Shown piece by piece: positions 55,101-64,000 of a stretch of DNA of 64,000 nt. This DNA is from Octopus sinensis (Eukaryota), in the NCBI RefSeq assembly GCF_006345805.1, contig NC_042997.1, positions 165,664,001 through 165,728,000 of the forward strand. The letters run 5' to 3'. Position 1 is the first letter of the stretch; every line of letters begins with the position of its first letter. The notes under the pieces are model-generated. The model searched no databases. It was not told the origin of the DNA and was given only the letters and a program-made list of their open reading frames with translations. The position numbers and the translations under genes were made by a program.

Positions 55101-55619
55101 GTTGATGATATTAATTAATGACAATGAACTTCGATGTCAGTTTTGATGTGTGAGTGTCTAATTGTTTAACTGAACAACTTGCAGTACAGAATGACTGGGA
55201 ATTTCAGAGACTCATATCCCAAATGCAATTCTCAGAAGCAGTATGCTAAACAAAGCTGGAACTTTGAACTACATATATAGTCCATCCAACAGGCTTCTAC
55301 ATCCTGTCTTTTAACTCAGATTCATCCACAAGATTTAGGTCAACTCAAGGCTACTGTAAAAGACATTTGCTCAAAAGGCCATGCAGTAAGATGCTCAAAA
55401 GGCCATGCATTAAGATGCACAATTGCAAAGTGAACGTTACCACATGACCATATCTGGCACCACTACTATCATATATTGTTGATACAGAAATGACCTTTAG
55501 CAGTCTCATCAAATTCAGATTAACACAAAAGGGAATTAGTAAAACAGTGCATTGCCAAACAGAAATAGTTATGACAAAAGTAGAGAGCTAATAAAATGAC
55601 TATTTAAGTATTTAAGTTA

Positions 55620-55940
55620 TGTTTCTCCTGTTACTAGCGTCACCTTACTGGCACCTGTGGTTACTAGCATTGCCTTACTGGCACCTGTGCCGGTGGCACG
55701 TGTAAAAAGATTTGAGCGAGGTCGTTGCCAGTACCGCCTGACTGGCCCCGTGCTGGTGGCACGTAAAAAGCACCCACTACACTCACGGAGTGGTTGGCGT
55801 TAGGAAAGGCATCGAGCAGTAGAAACTCTGCCAGATCAAGATTAGAGCCTGGTGAGGCCATCTGGTTCACCAGTCCTCAGTCAAAATCGTCCAACCTATG
55901 CTAGCATGGAAAACGGACATTAAATGATGATGATGATGAT
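55620..55940 (+). repeat. RTE 3'UTR-derived element
   Basis: Same family, with the tail to the right. Confidence 0.85.
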
Positions 55941-56454
55941 CAGAATATCTGTAGAAGACAAATGCAAATATTAGTCTTGGTAAAAAGGTTTTTCCATAAA
56001 CTGTCACTAAAATGTTTATACTGCTACATAAGTAATGACTTGTATGTAAAGTATTATCAGGCATTCATGGAAAAAGAGTGCAAACATCTGTTGAATGAAA
56101 AAAATAATTGAATTTGATGCAAATGGTTAGGCTCAGGAAGCCTTGATTAAGTAGAGCTATGTTCAAAGGCTAACCAGCTGTGACCAGCATGTCTTTTAGG
56201 TAAATGCAAAACTACGAAGGTCATGAGTTATATCCTCCTCCTCTGATTGATAAACGTTTTGTATCTTTATTGTTTAAGAAGTTACTTTTTTAAAGCTTTC
56301 TCATTATTGTTATTTATTTACATCTAAAGCAAGAGTATAGCTGTCTCTATCTACATTATTCATTTCTTTATTATTGTACAGCTGTTAGGAAAAATAAGGC
56401 AAAATTGGTAAACGAGAGACAAGTACTAGTTAGCTGACAAATTATCCTATAGAT

Positions 56455-56639
56455 CAGCGGTTCCCAATGTTTTTGTACACGTGACCCCTTACCCAAAAGC
56501 TTGAAACCTGCGCAACCCCATAGTATAAGCAGCCCTTGATTTACATTTTAATTAATTAATATTATCCCAAGACACTTCTAGCAAGGCTACGCGACCCCCC
56601 AGGGGGGGGGGTGCGGAAACCACCAATTGGGAACCCCTG
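56455..56639. mobile_element. hAT (Charlie-like) MITE, 185 bp
   Basis: TIR cagcggttcccaa / ttgggaacccctg (12 of 13). Perfect 8-bp TSD ctatagat at 56447-56454 and 56640-56647. Confidence 0.92.
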
Positions 56640-56909
56640 CTATAGATGGTGAGAAAAAACATAAATCTGGAGGAGAAAATAGTTTCATAGAATTTAGGTA
56701 TGTCATAGGTACACAGAGGCTAACTGAGATTCAGCTAGGACTGCCAAATAGGGGAGTTGGATTATAGTATTTTTCAGAGATACGTATTTTTTTATTTTCA
56801 ATTTAGGCTACCAGCTACTTTAAAACTTTGTATTTAAAAAAAAAAAAAGAATCCTATTAAATATCAAATTAAGTTTCTATGAGAATGAGATGAGCTGCAA
56901 GGAAAGGAA

Positions 56910-59900
56910 TGTAGCGTCAACAGTCAAGGGGTCTGACTGGGATAGGAAGGGTCATCCTCTTTCAGCTTGGGGAACTCACCATAAACAGACGTCAGTGGAG
57001 CAAGCTAGCAGGATTGGTAGTAGCAGCTGCTTACATTAGGTGCGATGTGTAAGGCGCAGCTGGATGGCCAACACACAGAAGGTAAGTGAACCATATCTTA
57101 TTTCCCTGCATTACAGTTCCCTCATACAACAAGCACTCATGTATAAATATATTTCTCCATTGTTGTTGTTCCCCTTCCACAAAATGGCAGTGAAGATAAG
57201 GATCAGCAGCGATGCTGTCAGACCTTTCTATGGCGAAGGTGTACTGGCCTGGATCCATAAGATCGAGATAGTGGCCAGGCTACAAGGCATTGACAATGTA
57301 GCAGGTCTCATGGCCCTGTACCTGGAGGGAGTGTGCACTGGTGCTGTACCTCGAGATGGATGAGGAAGACCAATTGAGCGTAGTGAAGATTGAGCAGCAC
57401 TTGAGGGAAGCCTATACAGAGGGAACATACACTGAGATTGCCAAGCCGGGAATGGTCAGGTGGACAAGGGAACGGGTCGACAAGTATACCATGGAGGTTC
57501 AGAGACTAGCCATGCTATCTGGTTTTACTGAAGAGGGCCTAGAGAAGGCAACACAACTGGCCTTTGTAAACGGCTTTCCTGATGACATATCGGCACAACT
57601 GCAACAACTGCCAGGCAGCAAGAAAATGGCAATGAGTGAGCTCATTGCTCAAGCACGTATGTCAACACAAAACACCAGGCAGAAGGCAGTGGCGATGGCA
57701 GCTGCAGAAGCTAGTGGCGTAGTGCAATGACTGGTAATGAACAAGGAGAAAAAATTGCCAAGGAGTGACAGCAACCATTCATGAGCTGGTGCTTCAAGTG
57801 CCAGTGATCACACATGGCAAGGGCCTGTGCGGAGACGAAGCCCGGACCCATTTGCTACAAATGCAGACAGACTGGGCATATTGCTCAAAATTGCAGCTAG
57901 GGAAAAGGCCATGGGGAAGCTGCTGCCTCTCAAACTTCACCCACAAGCGAGTAAAGGCACTCATGCAGTCGCTGCCCATAGTTGAAGTCTTGGCTGGGGG
58001 AAAGGCATTCAAAGACCTCATGGATACAGGCTGTACGACATCTCTCATGACTCTGAGGGTGATAAAAAAATGGAAGGGGATGAGTAGTGTTCGGTCAGTT
58101 GACGGCAACGAAATTGGATGTAAGGGTAGCAGTGACGTGGAGATAGTGCTGCAGGGCACAATACTGAGGCTGCGGGTGATTATGATTGATCATGAAGTAG
58201 ACGGAATTGTGATGGGGATGGATGTGATCAACTAATTACCTTGGAGGTGTCAGTGTTGGTGGAGACATTTCATTTGGTGGTGCAGGAGTGTCATGCGCTG
58301 CAAGTCTGCAACAAGAGAGGGAGCAGAACTCTGTGAGGGACTGTACTACTTACACTATTGAGGATAAAGACTTTTTGGCAATGTCTGATGATTAGTGGTG
58401 GACGGTAGAATTGTGCTGGAAAGGGGAGCCCACCGATGCTGAAGAACATGCTGTGCTGCTACCGGCATACTTCAAAAGGACATGCCAGGAGTGAGTTTGA
58501 AGGAGAGGTAGAGAGGTGGATTAAGGAGAGTGTCCTTATCCTGTGGAAGGGGGAGGTGGTGAGTGGAGTCTACTATTAATGGCAATGGTGCAGCGAACAA
58601 AGGGCAAAGTCAGGCCAGGACTGGACTTTCGGGAGAGGAATGACCATGTATTGTGCCACATGGGCAGCGAGGCAATTGACATTTGCAGTGAGATGTTGCA
58701 CAAATGGAGACAGATGATGATGAGAATGGCAATGACTGCTGACTTGAAGTTGGCGTACTTTCAGCTCCATGTGAACAAGAAAATGTGGCAGTATCAGCTG
58801 GTGTGATATAAGGGCTAGATATAATGTTTGACTAGGTTGCATTTCAGGCTAAATTCTGTACTGAAGATCATGGCAACAGTGCTCAAGTCTATCCTGGGAA
58901 AGGTGGACAGAATAAGAACAGCTACCAATTCCTATATCGATGACATCTTCGTAGATGAGACTGTAGTGTCTGTTTCAGAGGTTGTAAGTCATCTAAAGAA
59001 TTTGGGGCTGATTGTGAAGCTACCAGAGCCAATGGTTGGAGGAGCTGCACTGAGGCTCAAGCTTCAAAGAGATAAAACAGGACAGTTGGTGTTTCAGAGG
59101 GGAAATGAGATCCTGGAACTGGGTACCAGCGTCAGCAGGGGAGAATTATTCTCGATGTATGGGAGACTAGTGGGTCACTACCCAATTGCAGGGTGGCTAC
59201 AAACAGTGTGCATCAAGAGACAAACAGACAGGGCAATCTGGGGGAGACAAAGTGGGTGGCGATGATGCAGGAGATCCTAGAGAGGACAAGAGCAGAAGAT
59301 CTAGTAAGAGGTAACTGGTACATGCCTAAATTGGAGAATGCAACTATATGATGTGATGCTAGCAGCATAGCGATAGGGGTTGTACTGGAAATCAGAGGCG
59401 TTGAAGTGGAGGATGTGGCTTGGCTTCGAAAAGCAGGCAATTACAACCACATCAACATAGCTGTGTTGGACACAGTACTGAAGTGGGTGAATCTGGCCCT
59501 GAAATGGGGGCTACACTACATCGAAATCCAAACCGATTCAGCCACCATACTTGGTTGGGTAGGATCAGTGATCACGAATGAAAAGAGGGTTCGAACCAAA
59601 GGGGCTGCAGAGATGTTAGTAAAGAGCCACATAGGGGTTCTAGGAGAGCTAGCTACTGAATTTGGTTCAAAGCTGAGCATGGTCTTTGTGCCTTCAGAAA
59701 GGAACAAGGCAGACACTGTAACCAGGGTAAAAGGACATGGTGAAAGAGCCAGAAGATTCAAAGCAAGGGATAGCTGCAAAGTGTCGGTTAAGTGACTCAG
59801 AACTAAGGAGACTGCATGCCATGCATCATATAGGCATGGATAGAACCATGTATCTTGCCAGGAGGGTTGATGTCAATGTTACTAGACAGAGCATCCAAAA

Positions 59901-59990
59901 GGTGGTTGGGAACTGTGAAAGGTGTCAATCTATTGACCCTACTCCAGATGTGCATGAGCAGGGAAACATCTCAGTAGAGCACAACTGCTA
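56910..59990 (+). mobile_element. Ty3/Gypsy LTR retrotransposon, decayed and 3'-truncated, antisense in a SMIM14 intron
   Basis: Possible 5' LTR tgtagc..gcttaca (56910-57035); gag; CCHC knuckle CYKCRQTGHIAQNC (57853-57894); protease DTG; RT LDFRE, DLKLAYFQL, YIDD; RNase H CDAS; integrase HHCC (H..HHIG..CERC). Integrase core and 3' LTR are absent. Confidence 0.9.
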
Positions 59991-60140
59991 AGTTACATCC
60001 CCATAACTTAGCAGTTCTGCAAAAGAGACCAATAAAATAAGTACTAGGCTTAAAAAAAAGTCCTGGGGTTGATCTGTTTGATTAAATCCCTTCAAAGCAG
60101 TGCCCCAGCATGGCCACATGATTGAAACATGTAAAAGATA
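59990..60140 (+). repeat. tRNA-SINE 3' half
   Basis: ccccataacttagcagttctgcaaaagagacc..gccccagcatggcca. Confidence 0.8.
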
Positions 60141-60198
60141 AAATATATAACATAAAAATAAACAAATGATATATGACAACAAGAATTAATTCACTTAC

Positions 60199-60247
60199 TT
60201 TCTTGGAGGCATTGGTCATTTGTACAGTGTGACTGAGACGTCCGTAA
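60199..60247 (-). CDS. SMIM14: SMIM14 coding exon 2 (49 nt): LRTSQSHCTNDQCLQE+A
   Basis: tttcag acceptor and gtaagt donor. Resembles human LRQSQSYCTDTECLQE; phase 1 joins exon 3 as A|TG. Confidence 0.93.
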
Positions 60248-60957
60248 CTGAAATTAAGGTAAATTGCAAAGGTGATATGTAATTTAAATATATATTTTTG
60301 CCAATAAAAATTTTTATAAAAGAAATGTTTATTAAACTGAAGTGAAATGAAGTCTTGCAAATTGGTTAAATGACAGGTTGATAGTTTGTCAGTAATAAAC
60401 TGTGATCTAAGCAAAGGTACTTACATGCTAATTAGCTATAGTTACAATAGAATTGATATATTTTATGCTGGGAGTGTCAAAAAAAAAAAAAAAAAAAACT
60501 ACCTATTAATATTGTGAGGTAGTTGTACCTTGAGCAAGTGCCTTCCGCTATAGCTCTGGGCCAACCAAAGAATTGGGAGTGAATATGGTGGACAGAAACT
60601 GAAAGAAGCCCAGCATGTATGTGTCTATATATATGTATATATACATAAATATCAAACAACAAGAATGCATGCTCAACACCACAATGGCGGATAAAATTTC
60701 TTTATTTGTGTATTAAGGCTACCATTGGTTTCATGTTAAAAAAATATCTTTATAATTTTTCAAGCCATTCACATGGAGGAATGGTATTCGTCTCTATTTT
60801 GGAGTAGTTTTGTGTTTTCACCCAAAATGGAGATGAACACCATTCCTTCATGTGAATGGCTTTCTTAACATGAAACTAATGGTGGCCTCAATACACAAAG
60901 ATATACATATCTATATCATCATCATCATCATTTAACGTCTGTGTTAGCATGGGTGGG

Positions 60958-61367
60958 ACTCTCTTTTACTCTTTTACTTGTTTCAGTCATTTGACTGCGG
61001 CCATGCTGGAGCACCGCCTTTAGTCGAGCAAATCGACCCAGGGACTTATTCTTTGTAAGCCCAGTACTTATTATATCGGTCTCTTTTGCCGAACCGCTAA
61101 GTGACGGGGACGTAAACACACCAGCATCGGTTGTCAAGCAATGCTAGAGGGACAAACACAGACACACAAACATACACATACATATATATACATATACATA
61201 TATACGACAGGCTTCTTTCAGTTTCCGTCTACCAAATCCACTCACAAGGCATTGGTCGGCCCGGGGCTATAGCTGAAGACACTTGCCCAAGATGCCACGC
61301 AGTGGGACTGAACCTGGAACCATGTGGTTGGTTAGCAAACTACTTACCACACAGCCACTCCTGCGCC
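60958..61367 (-). mobile_element. Full-length tRNA-derived SINE
   Basis: Reverse complement of the 8805-9217 family. Confidence 0.9.
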
Positions 61368-62382
61368 TATATATATATATATATATACATACACACATGC
61401 ACATACACACACATATATATATATGTGTATGTGAGAGAGTGAGTGAGTGTGCACATGCGTGTGTATGCGCATGCGTATGTCTCCTTGTCTTGACATCACA
61501 TGGTGATTGTAAGTGTCACTGACTCCAAGTTGTGTCATTCATTTCCAATATTCTGCAAGAGCATGCCTCATCATGGGGAATATTACCTTTGTTGGAAACA
61601 GGTGAGGAATACCAACAGGAAGGGCATCGGCCCATAAAAAAATCTGCCAAGAATAAACTCTGTCCAACACATGCAAGCATGGAAAAATGGACATTAAACG
61701 ATGACAATTGACTAATAGTATTTTATTTAGTTCAGCAAGTATGGGAGACAACTTAGAACATGTTTTGAAATTATTATGACCTCATCAGTGAAGCTTAGAT
61801 TTCACCATACTTGCCAAAATGATAATGGGGTAATCATTAAATCTACAAGAATGTATACTGCTTGAAGCAGGAAACTAGGAATGAGTCTGAATATATTTTC
61901 AATTAATTAATTTATCATCATCATTATCTTAAACTGTAAATAGAAAACAAAGAGATACAGTTCATTATTGTTAACAGTTAGAGAATTGTATAACTGATGA
62001 TTCTTTTAACAGTTAATGCTATGTTAAAATCTGCATTAAAGAAACATTTTTTCTATAGAGCGGCTTTCAACAACTTAATGATCCTAAAAAGAAGGGATTA
62101 AATTATAAATTCCAGAAATGGTAATAGATAAATGGAAAACACACACACACATGCATAAGCTGAAGCCAATGAGGTAGCCTATAGGTGATTTCTTAACTTG
62201 CAAGAAATAACAGCAAAATTTCACTTAAGTCTTAATTTCAACATTCAATGAAAATGGTGGAATAAAAATGAAAAGGTAAATTATGTAGTCTGAAAAAGAA
62301 AACAAAATTGCCGTGGCTGGATTCTCATTGATCATGGTTGACTTGCATCTAAATAGCAACAACAACAAAGCAAAGTATATTA

Positions 62383-62529
<147 letters not shown>

Positions 62530-62538
62530 TTAATTAAT

Positions 62539-62566
62539 TAATTAATTAATAATAATAATGATAATC

Positions 62567-62600
<34 letters not shown>
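62539..62600. repeat. (AAT)n microsatellite
   Basis: Directly visible. Confidence 0.95.
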
Positions 62601-62602
<2 letters not shown>

Positions 62603-63110
62603 GAGCAAAGACGTGGCATGAGCAAACCTCAGAAGGTGTCACCAAAAATGAGAACTGCAAAATACTGTGGGATGTAATGATCCAGTGTGATCACCTGACT
62701 AGACAGGAAACCGGACATTGTTGTGGTGAATGAAAAGAAAGAACATATATGATAATTAACATAACATGCCCCAGTGACAACAGGATCAATGTGAAAGAAG
62801 AAGAAAAAATAAACAACTATGATGATTTGAAGTGGGAAATACGAAGGTTGTAGTCAATGAGAGGAGTAGACGTGATACAAATAGTAATTGGTGCACTTAG
62901 AAGTATTAGCACTTAACTACCAACATGGTTGAAAAAAATTGGTTAAAGTGTGAAGGTGGAACACCTACAAAGACCAGCAATGCTCGGAACTACAAGAATT
63001 CTTGCAGGGTTCTTGAAGCATGACCAGTAAAACAAGTGTCACCTTAGTCTGCTGGCTGTGGACAGCTGATATTTTCCATAATACCCAGCAAAATAAGCAG
63101 TGAGTTTTCA
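62600..63110 (+). mobile_element. R4/Dong-like LINE 3' end (restriction-like endonuclease)
   Basis: ENCKILWDVMIQCDH..KPDIVVV..CPSDNRINVKEEEKINNYDDLKWEIRRL..IVIGAL, followed by an (AAT)n tail. Confidence 0.8.
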
Positions 63111-63125
63111 TATAATAATAATAAT

Positions 63126-64000
63126 ATGACCAGGCTAAATGATATGATATATGCAGGAACCTCTGTGGTCACAAAAGAAGCTGGATACCTACTAAAACCC
63201 ATCCAAACAGGAGCATCACCACCCTGTGGCTAAATAATATCCAGAAAAAAATAGAAAATAAGAGAAAGGATCTGTCAATCATTAATGAAACTAGCAGACA
63301 ATCAACACTACTAAGCAATGAGTAGAGAAGAAAATACTAAATAAATACAAAATTACAATACAAGGTATACCTGAGGTAAAAGAACAGCTAAAGCAAGATA
63401 TCCTCGCCAAAGTACAAAGAATTTGCTGGTATGAGAAACGCCAATGTTTCTTTGAACAAAACAAACAGCTCAACTCCAACCCCAAAAGATTCAACCAAGA
63501 ACTTGACAAAAATAAAACAGACATCAATGCAGCACCAACAGCAGAAGAAGTGGAGGAATTTTGGAAAGAAATGTGGTCGGCGAAGGAACAACCTCAGAAA
63601 AGATCTATTAAAACAAAAAACACAGCACCTGAACAACTCTGGACCCTTATAATGGTCACCCAGGCACTGCAAAAACTAAGCAACTGGAAGGCACCCGGAC
63701 ATGACAGGATCCCCAACTTCTGATTAAAATACCTAACAGGAACATACAAAAAGCTGGCTGAGAAATTTAATGAAATACTAAGCGAACCAGAGACAATGCC
63801 TGAATGGCTCACAGAAGGGAAAACTATTCTAATTCCCAAATCCACTGAAACGGCAAGCCCACAAAATTACAGACCAATAACTTGTCTCCTAACAATTTAC
63901 AAAGCCTTTACTGCAATAATATCACAGAGAATGAGCAAATATCTGGAAGAAAACAACCTGTTTCCAGAAGAGCAAAAGGGATGCTGCAAGAGTTAATACG
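63126..64000 (+). mobile_element. R4/Dong-like LINE RT N-terminal part, runs off the window
   Basis: FWKEMWS, NWKAPGHDRIPNF, PEWLTEGKTILIPK, NYRPITCL, EEQKGC. Confidence 0.88.

Overview
AT-rich, repeat-saturated eukaryotic DNA. The repeat families and microsatellite load look like a coleoid cephalopod (Octopus-type) genome; this is recognition from memory, not a database result. Most ORF-track entries are microsatellite or transposon noise. I can support one host gene: a spliced SMIM14 (DUF2615) orthologue on the minus strand with four coding exons (62502-62428, 60247-60199, 52835-52687, 48257-48222; 102 aa). The rest is decayed mobile DNA: mariner, hAT, Gypsy, RTE, CR1, R4/Dong-like, a CRE-clade element, several Penelope-like (PLE) lineages, SINE families and MITEs. 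Four observations stand out. (1) Type I hammerhead ribozymes occur in PLE-derived fold-back elements: four have intact cores (8030-8075, 10354-10391, 10415-10452, 34420-34464), two of them as an inverted pair, and several more are decayed. (2) The 16-43 kb region is a segmental-duplication mosaic with an internal inversion and a microhomology-stitched template-switch junction. (3) There is a perfect 225-bp palindrome at 35337-35561. (4) Inverted retroelement pairs bracket both internal SMIM14 exons. Ribozyme folds, alignments and translations were done by eye and need computational confirmation.
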